Assembly: GCA_010093995.1 (NCBI GenBank)
Contig: ML992508.1
Location: forward strand, 1,164,483 to 1,197,616
DNA: 33,134 nucleotides
Direction: 5' to 3'
DNA from: Elsinoe ampelina
Lineage: Eukaryota
The notes under the pieces were generated by a model. It did not search any database. It was given only the letters and a program-made list of their open reading frames with translations, and was not told where the DNA came from. Positions 1 to 11,695 of the stretch are shown piece by piece. How positions within the stretch are numbered: position 1 is the stretch's first letter; the number at the start of each line of letters is the position of its first letter. The position numbers and the translations under genes are program-made.

Positions 1-508
1 GCAAGATCGAGTGGAAGCGGCTGGGTAAGGTACCGATAGAGATGGCCGATGACAGCTGAATCTCCCTGTTGTGACGCTGGCGAAAAAGCGGGGCGTAGAG
101 GATGTGACGCTTGATGGCAGGCCACCATGATGTCTGATTCTGTGCCCAGTATCTTTGTTGACCTTTATCACTGATTGTGAACAGGAAGCGCATGTGTGCA
201 TTACCCATGCGAAGCCATCGAAAGATCAAGGTCGCCACAACCAGCCCAAGTAGCGAAAATCCTAAGAGGATGGCGAACAGGTAGTTTGCATGTTGATTCA
301 CACCAGTCAGGCCGTGTGTGAAAGTAGCAGCAGCACTTGTGAGATTGCCTAGCAGACCATAGTTGTGTGCATTGTCCAGTTGGACATCGGCCGGGATGAG
401 TCCAGGGTCCGTCTCTGCGAGTCGCGGCATGAGAGGCGACGATGTGTGGACATGGGAAGGGGATGCAGCTGCGGCGTCAAAATAGTGGTGGACATGGCGG
501 AAGGACAT
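1..508 (-). CDS. Ferric/cupric reductase transmembrane component (FRE family), 5' part; runs off the left edge of the window
   Basis: Manual translation from ATG at 508 stays open to position 2: MSFRHVHHYFDAAAASPSHVHTSSPLMPRLAETDPG...GLTGVNQHANYLFAILLGFSLLGLVVATLIFRWLRMGNAHMRFLF...QQRYWAQNQTSWWPAIKRHILYAPLFRQRHNREIQLSSAISIGTLPSRFHSIL. The hydrophobic helix followed by the KRHILYAPLFRQRHNREIQLS...GTLPSRF block is one I recognise from the N-terminal region of fungal ferric reductases. It is missing from the ORF track because no stop lies in the window. The heme, FAD and NADPH motifs are outside the window, so the call rests on recalled similarity. Confidence 0.78.
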   Translation of the reverse strand, partial: MSFRHVHHYFDAAAASPSHVHTSSPLMPRLAETDPGLIPADVQLDNAHNYGLLGNLTSAAATFTHGLTGVNQHANYLFAILLGFSLLGLVVATLIFRWLRMGNAHMRFLFTISDKGQQRYWAQNQTSWWPAIKRHILYAPLFRQRHNREIQLSSAISIGTLPSRFHSIL

Positions 509-3500
509 AGCGACCAGCGCGGGCGGGTGAGGCAAGGGTAAGACAAAGAATCGAACGAGCCGTTAGGTGACCGAGTCCGGAATTTCTTGTCGAGTTGGCG
601 GAATGGACAAAGGGGGCTGCTCGGGGAGGATATATCCACTGGCCAAGGGGACTATTGGCTCTTGGTGTCGAAGACGGTATATGATGTGGGGCGAAATTCG
701 AAGAAGAGAAAATTCACCAAAGAAGATGAAGCTGCTGCTGTACTTTTAATGCAAGAGAGGACGTGGATGCCTCTGATGTGTCGATCGACGACAACAAGGA
801 CAGCAGCGAATGTCAGCCTAAGGAACAATGTCCATTCCAGGTGATGGAACAAAGGGATTATGAGACGCCCTTGTGAGAATCCTTTGTGGCGGTGATGTCG
901 GACGTTGTTCTCTGCAGGGGTGACAATGGCGATGGTGATCCAGTCAACAATAGAAGGGCGAGCGGCTTTGTGATCTACAAGGCACGATGATCCAGTCCGA
1001 TCGTGCTTTGGTGTGGAAAAATACCAATCCAGCGGCGAAGGTCTCAGAGGGGCGAGACAGAATGAACGTGTGAGCGAGACAAAGTGTATTTCAACGAGTG
1101 ACGGAAACGATAACGACAGACGCGTGGGCCGAGCGGTGATGCAGCGACACACAGAGAATGGAACGGAAGAAGAGAAGCGTTATGGAAACGACAGGCTATA
1201 GCTCACCTTGAGGTGCTAAAGGGATATAGGCTCATTATGTGTGCGCCTAGGCGAGAAAAGCACATCGAATCAGTCCAGCCACCCCTGAGAATCTCCTGAC
1301 AGGCGTTCCAACGGGCGCCAGCGTCCATGCGCCGCCGGAGTCGAGCCATGTGCCATACGTTATTGGTACATACCACACCTGCGGGCACATGCGTCGATGG
1401 AAGAGTGGAGGTGAAACCTTCCACGGCCTTCTGGCTGCAATCTCGCTGACTGAAGAGGGACAAGCCCAACCAATCATCCAAGATTTGCGGACCCGCTTGG
1501 CGCCCTTCGGTTCAAAGATGGGATTTTTGCAGGCGGATTGGTCGTTTCAGACCCAGAGCTTGTCTGGATTCTCGGTGCAAACCGCGCCAATCACGATTCG
1601 CCTGTGGCGGTTACGGGAAACGAGACGGGTCCACTTTGCTTTTCGTCATACTAAACATTTGCAAAGGACGTTACATCCACATCCCGTTTCTATCGATATC
1701 GATACGGATACGGTATGCTCAATAGAGTCTCCTCACGCATGATCGAGGCTGGGTACGAGTGACGAAGCCAATACAAAGACTCTTGCATTTCCTTGGACTG
1801 CCGGAGTTGAAACAACTTCAGTCCGTGTTCCGCATGCGGATAAAAACCTGCACGGCATCAAAAACGGAGCATGTCGTGGCAGTCTTTTTCAGCTTCATCT
1901 CAACAAATCTCGGTGTGCGATAAAGAACATTCGACGAAATTGGACGATGGTCTAGCATTTCGAGCCGCTAGGTAGTCGCTGGAAATGTACACGAGGTTGT
2001 GTGGTGGAAATGGACATCTTGATATACGCCACACAGTGCAACTTTGACACTCGCATAGCCTCATCTGCCTCCGTTTCAGCCGGCGCAGCACTGGAATTTC
2101 ATCGACGATGGATACGGTGTGACCATGTGCATATTAACCTATATCACAAGATGCAATTCATCTGGATAAAGTCGACAATCACAACAACCATGTCATCGAT
2201 GGCCTCACAATGCATATACTGCGGCATGTCATAGATCACATGCAGCCCAGCTTGCATAATGAGGTCAGCGGACATTATTGAGTCATCACGACGGAATGTG
2301 ACCTCGATTTGGTAGGGAAGAATGTGAATGTCCATCAAAGGGTGAAGACTCCGCCATCATACCGCCTTCAATTCATCCATCTTGTTTCTATCTTCAGCCA
2401 CCAGTCGCATCTGTTCTTACCGATATGATGGGTGGGACAATAAGACCGGCGAGGCGCCGACGATAGCATGTTGAAATAGGTCTCCTCTCGACATCTGTCG
2501 TGTCAGTGGGTCGAGTGTGCATGCGGAGCATGTGGTGTGGTGGTGTGGTGGGTTCAGGGCGAAAAAATGTCCGGTCCCTCCCACCTCACGCAACAAAGTG
2601 GTCAAGCTTTCCAAAAGACACACATCCGGGGCTATCGGTGACTGCCGGATGAGCAGGTAAAGAACACACGCAGGGACGACGAGATAAAGTCGAGTGCAGA
2701 TTGATTGGATCTCCCATGTCCTTCATATCCACCGCCAAGCATATCTCGCCTGCAGCGATCAATTCTGAAACCGGGACAGCTGACAGTGAAAGCTTGTGCG
2801 AATGCTTGTAAGAGAATTGTATGTTGGTCGTGTTTCGTCAGGATAGTGGCTGTCGACGTCAAATATTAGTGATACGGAGAATTCAATGTCCGGCAGCATG
2901 TCCTGGCTGGCAGTCTTATCTTTGGCATGAACCACCTACTGACTTTCGAACTGAGGTTTCGGTGTCTTTGCGGACCACTACGAGTCAGAACTCAAGAAGT
3001 GTCGCTAAGCGCTGAGAGCTCGTTCTGCGGGCTGTAGCTCCTCTTGAAGCCTTGTTTTGACAGCCCTCCAGCATCTACAGCCCATACGAGCGACCTCTAT
3101 CAGCGCAATGTGTAATGATTCGACCTGACGCAACGCAGTAAACCCACCACTGCTGGGGGGTAAAACACTGGTGAGGGCAATACGTGTACCTAGCCATTGC
3201 AGCACACTTGGCAGTCTCGTCGCTCTTGAAAGAAGTAACCATAGCACACTCTGTCAATCTCCAAGAGGTCTTACGGGAGCGAGTCTGCTTTATGTGATAT
3301 CTTGAAGTTCTTCCTTCCCTGCATCAAGCCAGCCCCGGAGGGAAGCCAGACCCTGCTTAGTCAGTTCCCAACCCACCGCACGTGCGAGCTCAAAGTTGCG
3401 TCGTCGGCGCGCTGCTATTCGCCGAGGCCGTGTCAATCACTGTGGCGGAGTCGGAGGGGGACAGGCACGTCAGGTTGGGTTTTCATCCCTTTGAACGGAG

Positions 3501-3558
3501 ACAGAACACTTCAGAAACCTGTGAAAACATCAAGAAATTCATCTCTGTGACACTACTT

Positions 3559-3567
3559 TTATCAGAT
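3559..3567 (-). promoter_or_regulatory. Candidate SreA/Sre1-type GATA site (ATCTGATAA)
   Basis: Plus-strand TTATCAGAT is the reverse complement of ATCTGATAA, matching the ATCWGATAA consensus of fungal iron-responsive GATA repressors. It lies about 50 bp upstream of the CDF ATG. A single 9-mer could occur by chance. Confidence 0.35.
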
Positions 3568-3613
3568 CAGACGACAAGCCATCTGAATCGCTTAGCGAGG
3601 GTCGTCTGCAACC

Positions 3614-5089
3614 ATGTCCAGAGATCCCGATTTACACCGCGCCATTTCGCTCCGACCTTCTCCGTTCCACCCACACCCCGATCGCGCCCAAGAACCGGAA
3701 CGTAGCTCAAACTTCCTTCCTGGTGGCTACCTACCAGTACTGCCTGTGACCGAGGCTACATCTCACAAGCCTGCTGCCAGCACTGCTGTCGAACCCACCA
3801 CTCCGACCGAACATGCCCACGATCCCGTCGCTCGTCCCACATACGCCAGGTCTACCGGCTCATCAGGCGACAGCGATGTCGAGAGTGCTCGCCTACCCAG
3901 CTATGTCGACAACGACGACCCATTCCAGCTGGCCAGCAAGCTAAAGACCGCTGAGCAGATTGAGTCGATCCGGGCAAACCAAGCAAGAAAGAGAAGCAAG
4001 TCTTGCACCACGCTAGCCAAAGGCAAAGATGCATATAAAGCAAAGAAACTTCAGCAGTTCTACGAGTCCCAGAATGAGAATATCGAAAGACTTCTGAAGC
4101 CAGTCGATGACCACAGGAGGGAGGCCAAAGAGGAGGCCGGTGCCGAACATCTACAGTTCAAGATTGCAGTGACCGGATCCTTCATCGCCAACTGCATCCT
4201 GGCCGCACTCCAGCTTTATGGCGCTATCGCTTCTGGTTCTCTTTCACTCTTCACCACCATGATCGACTCCATCTTCGATCCAATGTCGAACTTGATGCTC
4301 ATTCTGTGTCATCGCGCGGTAAACAAGGTCGACTCCAGAAGGTTTCCATCTGGGAAAGCTAGAATCGAGAATGCCGGGAACATCTTCTTCAGCTTCCTCA
4401 TGTCGGCCGTTTCCCTCGTCCTGGTCGTCATGTCCATCCGCGATCTCGTCGAAGGTTCCGACTCGCCCACTCTGGACTTTCACCTGCCCTCAGTCATCGC
4501 TGTGTCCATCGCCTTTGGCACCAAGTTCTGCCTCTTCCTTTACTGCTGGGCTTTGAGGAACAAGTACAGCCAGGTTCGCATCTTGTGGGAGGATCACCGC
4601 AACGATCTCTTCATTAACGGCTTCGGTGTGTTGACGTCGGTGGGAGGTAGCAAGCTGAGATGGTGGCTCGATCCTATGGGCGCCCTCATTCTGTCTTGCC
4701 TGATCATCTGCTTGTGGCTTCACACTGCTTACTCCGAATTTCAACTCCTCATTGGTGTGAGCGCAGATACCAACATGCTGCAGCTCCTTACATATATCTG
4801 TAAGTTCATGAAGTGATTCTCTCATCGTGCAAAGCTGATCGACCTAGCAATGACACATGACCCTCGTATCATCGGTCTCGACACTGTCCGCGCCTGGCAC
4901 AGCGGTCCTCGTCTGATAGTCGAAGTCGACATTGTCATGGACGAGCGACAGTCGCTGAAAGAGACCCACGACGTGGCTGAGGCCTTGCAAATCAAGCTTG
5001 AAAGCCTGCCAAACGTCGAGCGATCATACGTCCACGTCGACTACGAGACCAGCCACGCACCAGAGCATTTCACAAAGAAGACATTGTGA
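3614..5089 (+). CDS. Cation diffusion facilitator, Mn-CDF (MTP8/11-like) type; join(3614..4799,4848..5089), about 475 aa
   Basis: Several TM helices, with DxxxD motifs in TM2 (DSIFD) and TM5 (DHRND) and a cytosolic C-terminal domain containing VERSYVHVDYE. The 48-nt intron 4800..4847 (GTAAGT...GCTGAT...TAG) joins ORFs 3614 and 4850 in frame (LTYI-S-MTHD). Confidence 0.93.
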
Positions 5090-6912
5090 ATCACTTCTTC
5101 AGGACTTCACGCAATGTCACGGCCGGGAACGACAACAATCAGAACACGATAGACCAGCATGGAATTTGCAGCACGAATTCGGAATGACAGAACCTAACTC
5201 GGTACCTCCGCTCTTCATCTAATCAATTCAACTCAAGTACAAAGTCTCCAATGTCAGACTATACTGTCTGCTCTCAATCATGTGTCTTTGACACTGCGAC
5301 AACAAGTCCTCACTCGACGCCTCGTGGCGCTTCGTTATTGTTGTCGCACGTGAGCCTGCAGTGTCCACTTTCAGCGTCGTTGACCATTTTCAGTTGTCTC
5401 TCTCCAGATTCGTCGGTGCTTCGACGCGGACACTCCCGTGTACCACAGATAAGTAACGCTTCACAAAGTTACACGAGGTAATGGGAGGCTATGCTATGTC
5501 TCCAACGGGGCCACGCGGTCGGGAAAGGGAGATGGAGAGGCACACAAGATCTGCCGAGTTGGCACAACGGTAGTGATGTCAATGGCTGGACTGGTCTACC
5601 ATGACGACACGGCAGACGAAAGATAGTAAATTACACTGGATGTCCTCATTGATGATGGCAATCAAGACTTTTCAAGGCCATGTTACGCTTCTCCACTCGA
5701 TCAAGCTCAAGCTTATCCTGGCGAACGCAGCGATGTCCCATCCTGATACCAATCTAATCGATACTAGGTCTATGGTCCAGACACACGCGGCCCGAGGAAT
5801 ATTTGCTGTACTCAGCTGTGACGAACCAGCCGTTTCTGTCAACGGCGGGCTGCTCAACGGCTTCTGGACAAGTCAAGAGGGGTCCTTCCTGTACCCTCTG
5901 ACTGCTTCGACTAATCAAGTGGACAAACATGGAGCGATACAACGAATGCGCCATTGACGTTATGAGGACTGCTTGGATTGCGATGTCATAGCTGTCATCA
6001 CAAACACCTCGTTGTGAATGCTCCTCCCACGGGTTGTCAGCCAAGCTCACAACTTACCAAGAAGACCATTAACGAGTTCTATCCAGCCCTAGCGAAGCCA
6101 GACAAGTCCATCTAGAATCTGCTACACACCATCAAAGTACGCTATCTCTCGGATTATCGAGGAGCCAGAAGACGTTGAAAGTCTCGCGGCATCAAAACTG
6201 AGCTACTCGAAGCGTCGGCAGTTCGCACTAGCCATGAAACAGAAGCACGCTAGAAGGAAACTTGACCAGGCCATCGGGCTTGAGGTGGAGGACGTGGCTG
6301 TGTTGGTGTTGAGATCGGCCAGGCACAATGTCGTTTTTGGTCTCCACCTTCGCGTGGAGTTTTGCTTTGACAAGAAACCCCCTTGCAGCATTCCCACCAA
6401 ACACCCAAGCATTCTTCGAACATCTCATCACTCATCTCGATTAGCCAGCCCATTGGCCATTCAGATCTTATTTTTGCTTTGTCCAAGCATTGTAGATTCC
6501 ACATCCGCCCCGGCTTGTTCAGCATTTGACAACAAGACCGTGACGTCGCATCTCTGACTTCATATCGTCTGCAACGGTAAGCCACCGACCATTCGCGCGG
6601 TTGTTCCCTTTCCATTCCTTTATTGTTTCAGCAGCATTTCGTTTTGTGTCGCGGCCGTACTCATTGGCACTGCTTTATCGGCCGCTGAAGCCGTTGGCCC
6701 GCGGGAAACAAATGTTGCATAACGCCCTCATCAACGGCTGGCCAAGATGAGCTTTGCAACATTTGTTATAAGATGAAAGGGAGCGCCTCGTTGATAGAGG
6801 CACCCATCCCCGGAACCAATTGACAACAGCAAGGCCAAGCTCTTGAACCGGTGGTGCCAGTCGTTCGTTACTCTTTGCAAAGAGTTTCACATTCTCTTCG
6901 GTCTCTACCAAG

Positions 6913-8187
6913 ATGCATTTCAATTCGGCCATTGTTGCGGCTTCTTGCCTGGCTACGCTAGTAGTCGCGGCGCCGGCTGCTGATCCACAGGAGACACCGA
7001 AGATCCCTCAGCCACGTCTCAAGTTTACTGTCAAGCAAAAGACTGCCGGCAAATTCCAAAGGACATGGCCTGGTGTAGCCATGCTCAACACCTATAAGAA
7101 ATACAACAAGAGCGCCCCTTCGGCTGTCAAGGCCGCAGCAGCTGCTGGCCAGACCGGCTCCGTCGCCAATGTCCCTCTTCCATACGATGAGGTTCGTCCT
7201 CCACATCTCCAGCCATGAAGCTCGCTAATCCAATCCCAGGCCTATCTATCCCCAGTCTCAATCGGCGGTCAAACCATGAACCTCAACTTCGACACCGGCT
7301 CCTCGGATCTCTGGGTCTACTCGGACCTCCTCCCCAGCACCACCACCAATGGCCACGACTTCTACAAAGTCGCCTCCGGCGTCGAGAAACAGGGCTACAC
7401 CTGGGGAATCACCTACGGCGACGGCTCTGGCGCAAGCGGCAAAGTCTACGCCGACAAAGTCGTCGTCGGCGGCGTGACGGCCACCAGCCAAGCCGTCGAA
7501 GCCGCCACCTCGGTAAGCAAAGCCTTCATCAGCGACGTGCACAGCGATGGCCTCCTCGGCCTCGCCTTCTCCACCATCAACACTGTCCAACCCTACCCGC
7601 AAACCACCTTCTTCGACACCGTCAAGTCCTCCCTCGCCTCCCCCCTCTTCACCTCCACCCTCAAGAAAGGCTCCGCCGGCACCTACGACTTCGGCTACAT
7701 CGACGCGGCAAAATACAAGGGTAACATCACCTACATCCCTGTCATCCAGGACAACGGTTTCTGGGAGTTCAACGCGGGGAACTACATCGTCGGCCGCACG
7801 AAGTTCACGACCAACATCGGCGACAGTATCGCTGATACCGGCACGACACTGCTTTACCTCCCGGCCCGCATCGTCACGAACTACTACGCTCAAGTCAAGG
7901 GGGCGACGCTGAACAGGAGCTACGGCGGGTGGACATTTCCTTGTGCGTCGACGTTGCCGGATCTGACCATCAATCTGGGTGGGACTGGGTTCACCGTGCC
8001 GGGGACGTATTTGAACTACTCCCCCATCACGAGGCAGCTGTGCTTCGGTGGACTGCAGCCGAATACTGGCATTGGGTTCAGCATCTTTGGGGATATTTTC
8101 CTCAAGAGTGTTTTCACTGTTTGGGATGCTACGGATGGGAAGGTCAGGTTGGGGTTCGCGAAGCAGGCTGGGACGCTCAAGAAGTAG
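6913..8187 (+). CDS. Secreted aspartic endopeptidase (pepsin family A1, aspergillopepsin/penicillopepsin-like); join(6913..7191,7240..8187), about 408 aa
   Basis: Signal peptide MHFNSAIVAASCLATLVVAAP, a basic propeptide, catalytic motifs FDTGSSDLWV and ADTGTTLL, flap motif WGITYGDGS, and DGLLGLAF, IFGDIFLKS, LGFA. The 48-nt intron 7192..7239 (GTTCGT...GCTAAT...CAG) is phase 0. Confidence 0.96.
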
Positions 8188-9540
8188 TAGAGAGCAGGCC
8201 TGGGAAGGGGATGAAAGCATGGTGGTTTGCCGTGCTTTGTACATTATTCTGATTCACGTATATTATTGACGAATGTCACTTTTGATGAAGAGTTACTTCT
8301 CACATTCAAGCTGCTCACCTTTGCTGTGCCGTGTATTCCTGTGTCGGCATCCGAAGATGTCCCCACTCCCGAATTCAGAATATCGATAGCATCTATTGCA
8401 GATCTACACTGGAACGGTGGGCGGCATCTCGACCGCATGGGACTTGCTCAGCCGCTTATTGAACTCCACGTTGTCGTCAATGTGCAGATCCAATCTGGCC
8501 CTCCCCAAGTGGGAGTACTTGGCGACGGTGAGCGTGAACGACCTTGTCGTGTTTAGAGTCGTGCCTGGCAACGGGCGATGGAACGTTGGTACATTCTTTG
8601 CAGTGACTTATCGGCTGAGAACATTGCCAGTCCTTTCGGCAGGAGACGATACCGAGATGAGATGAAGTCTGGACGAATCTCCGAGCTACTCCCAAGTGCG
8701 TTTTGTTCTAACAAACCCTGCTTGCACGTTTGGCCACGCGAAGTTGACGGCCGGCTGATGTGCGTGACTTGAAAGCTCGGAACTTGCCTGAAAAGCACCA
8801 TTGACCCCTGATAGTCTGCAAGCTATCCAATATGCCATGCTCGCGATCCTGACGTGAAGAATCGTGAGGCTGTTCCAGGTTGGTGGAGCCTGACTACACA
8901 AGCCGAACGCAAGCCGAACGTCCAGCTCTTCTAGGGCAGATCCGGAAACCAATCCGATGACGCTCTGCTGTCCGCCGAGCACGATTGGAACGCGTGGGAC
9001 GTGAGTGGTGGAAAGACAAAGCTCTGGAAGCGAAAAGGAAGTGATGTGCAGAGCAAGACATCAGCCGCGCCAAACAGCAGAAGGCGTTTCCCACACCGCC
9101 CCTCCAAAAGGTCGCGCTCTGTGGGTCCGACAACGACATCCCAGCCTGCCCTGTTCGACACAACACATCAGGGCTTGCTCCGTTCCTGCATGCAATTTCA
9201 GGTGCCAGAGCTTGATTCGTGTGGCGTGACGAATGGCCTCTTGGCTATGACGGTGGGTTCTTAGGTCTTGATGGAGCTTGACACAGGCAGGCGCATGTGA
9301 AGAATTTACGCTCGATCTAGCCTGTCGGATATTTGCAATGGCCTGATCGAGCTTGATGAATGGACTGGCTTGCTCGCGACTTCTTCTTTCTCACTCACTT
9401 CACACATTTGCTGGATTGAGCTCCAAACTCACTGCACCTCGCGCACAACGGACCTCAGGAAGGGACATTTCAGCTTGCTGGACTGCAGCACGAACGACAT
9501 CAGATCTTCACCCAAGTAACTCCCTCTACAAACAACCATC

Positions 9541-10401
9541 ATGACGACCTTTGTCTCTCTTCAGACGCCTATGCACGCTACGGCGTCGCTCTATGATGCC
9601 TCAAAACGACATGACACCCAACCCCAAGACATCCCAGAGACCTTCCTCGACGCCATGGCTGTCCGCGAAGAGGTCTACGTGGACGAACAATCCGTGCCTC
9701 TCCAAAATGAATTCGACTCTGAAGACGCCCAATCCTACCATTGGGTCTCCTACGCCAGCATAGCCAGCACCACTCCCTCTCCTTCTGCCGAGCTACGCAC
9801 CGACCCCGGACTACTGGCCAACGGCTCCTCCTCTGCAAAATCACACAATGACCCTGCAGCCAAACAACGTAAAGGCTCCGCAAACAAGCTGCCAGTCGGT
9901 ACCATTCGCCTTGTCCCGCCTCCTCACAATCATGACATTCCTTCGCACAACGAAGGACCAGACATGGCTGGCTGCGACCTCCCCATCGAGCAAGCCGAAC
10001 TGAAGGGCTGCCTTCGCCGTGGTCCAGAACCCTACGTCAAGCTCGGTCGTCTAGCTGTCCTCAAGCCCTACCGCAAGCTAGGCCTGTCAAGTCTCCTCCT
10101 CAACGCCGCGCTGCAGTACGCCGCCAGTCATCCGGACGAGGTCTTGCCCCCGCTAAGCCCAACGGCGGCTGAGCAGAAAAAGCTGGAGCTGGAGAAGGAA
10201 GGAAAACCAGGAGATGTAGCCACAAGGTGGGAGGGGCTGGTCCTGGTGCATGCGCAGAAGGGAATAGAAAAGTTGTGGAAGGTTTGGGGTTTTGTGAGGG
10301 ATGAGACAATGGGAGTGTGGGTGGAGGAAGGCATCGAGCACGTAGGTATGTGGAGGAGGATTGAGGTCAGTAGGAGGAAGGGAAGCGTGGTTGGAGGTTG
10401 A
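9541..10401 (+). CDS. GNAT-family acetyltransferase (ElaA/YjcF-like), 286 aa
   Basis: N-terminal AMAVREEVYVDEQSVPLQNEFD, motif A LGRLAVLKPYRKLGLSSLLL, and C-terminal VHAQ...WGF...EEGIEHVGMW. Single exon with low-complexity insertions. Confidence 0.88.
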   Translation: MTTFVSLQTPMHATASLYDASKRHDTQPQDIPETFLDAMAVREEVYVDEQSVPLQNEFDSEDAQSYHWVSYASIASTTPSPSAELRTDPGLLANGSSSAKSHNDPAAKQRKGSANKLPVGTIRLVPPPHNHDIPSHNEGPDMAGCDLPIEQAELKGCLRRGPEPYVKLGRLAVLKPYRKLGLSSLLLNAALQYAASHPDEVLPPLSPTAAEQKKLELEKEGKPGDVATRWEGLVLVHAQKGIEKLWKVWGFVRDETMGVWVEEGIEHVGMWRRIEVSRRKGSVVGG

Positions 10402-11118
10402 GGATAGATCGTAGGAGCACGTGTGAGCAGTATGGGTGGTTCACAGGTCTCGTCCTTGATTGGCGTTGAAGGGAAAGTCATGGGTAGAGTGAGCTATGCT
10501 CACAAAATGAGTAACGATTACATGACATGAGCACACGGCAGATACCAAATCGTACAAATGTACGTCTCAACTTCAGTAGCTCAGTGAATAACAATAAATT
10601 TGCACTTAAGCCTCGAAGCTCATTTATTCCTACACTGTAGTATGCGATCTGTAGGTATGCTGCGGGAATGCCTTTATCTTTCCACATCGTCTCCGACCAC
10701 GAGCACGAGCTCTCTCCGCTCATTTCAACACGTCTTCTTACATGGCTTGACTTCTTCACTCAGCTCCCGGCAATGGACCGATGTCGCCATGACCTCTCAC
10801 ATCGGCCCTCACCTGGATCTCTCGCATCGAAGCTCCCTATGATCGTGCCACAACACATCCCGCTTTCACTTCAATTCATCATTCATACTCATCTCACTCA
10901 CTCTGTTCACCTCGTCCCTACAAGCATCTCCTCGCCACCGGCACAACAAATGTGAGATCATCTTTTCTCTCCCATAAGAGCTTCCACATCCTCAGGGACA
11001 TCACGCGAGTTCTGTTCTGTGTCAACATTTGTGCTTCCGCGGTCTGCGCCTTGCGTCCCTTGCAAAATAATTATTGACAACCATATACAGTGCAAAATTT
11101 CTGTGACACCAAAAGCCA

Positions 11119-11199
11119 TCCTCATTGGTCTAGTGGTGATGATTTCCGCTTGTCATTCGATAAGCGCGGGAGACCAGGGTTCGATTCCCTGATGGGGAG
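11119..11199 (+). tRNA. tRNA-Asp(GTC) with a 9-nt intron (11156..11164)
   Basis: Acceptor stem TCCTCAT/ATGGGGA with discriminator G; D arm with TAGTGG; anticodon stem TCCGC/GCGGG with GTC at 11152-11154; intron TTCGATAAG one base 3' of the anticodon; T arm CAGGG-TTCGATT-CCCTG. Mature length is 72 nt before CCA addition. Confidence 0.96.
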
Positions 11200-11203
11200 C
11201 TCG

Positions 11204-11210
11204 TTTTTTT
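11204..11210 (+). terminator. RNA polymerase III terminator (T7) of the tRNA-Asp gene
   Basis: Run of seven T starting 5 nt after the discriminator base. Confidence 0.85.
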
Positions 11211-11695
11211 GCAGTTTTTGCGTCTCTGCCAGCGGCATGAGTATGGGAAATGTTTGTAGAAGATGTGATGGGGTCACAGGGTGAAGGGTGCTGCTTTTTG
11301 TTTGAGGGAACGTGGCGTCGAGGAGTAAAGGCGGTTGCAGAGATGGTCCCCTTGGTCGAGATGGGGGTCGGACACACCACTATTGCTCACTAGCATTTGA
11401 TCTCCTGTTTGCTACAACAGGGTAGAGAACACACGGTAAGCTCACAGAATATTTCGGCTATCATTTGGACTCTGTCAAGCATCCTTAGCGGTGTCCAGTC
11501 CGCTTCGAGTGGCGATTGCTATGAGTTACTGTTACAAGTCCTGGATCTGAGCCGGGGCCGCAAAGGACGAAGAATCCAATAGACAACTTAACACGACAGC
11601 AGTGAGGACCTCACTCCTCTCAATTCAGTGCACGCTACTTGTACACCCAGCGAGGAAACCCATGTTAGTGGTGACTGTACGCATCGTTTAGAACA

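Noticed and set aside
349..1152. Minus-strand ORFs 349..639 and 652..1152
   Set aside because: No recognisable motifs and non-ATG starts. The real CDS is in another frame from 508, and the rest looks like 5' leader.
2532..2551. GTG-rich run resembling a telomeric or other functional repeat
   Set aside because: Short imperfect microsatellite, not TTAGGG, with no supporting context.
1900..3260. Chain of short minus-strand ORFs that might be a decayed gene
   Set aside because: Stops in all frames, no recognisable domain and no convincing splice model. A translated homology search would be needed.
5251..6615. Short ORFs between the CDF and the protease, e.g. 5601..5957
   Set aside because: No motifs or codon bias like neighbouring genes; treated as intergenic.
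7258..8244. 328-aa antisense ORF, and similar antisense ORFs at 11859..12617, 15971..16858, 25872..26540 and 28343..29209
   Set aside because: Shadows of GC-biased real genes on the opposite strand.
8290..8620. Minus-strand frame with an internal TAG (...VEMPPTVPV*ICNRCYRY...) considered as a second recoding candidate
   Set aside because: Short, with no clear start or splice model and no recognisable family; not supportable.
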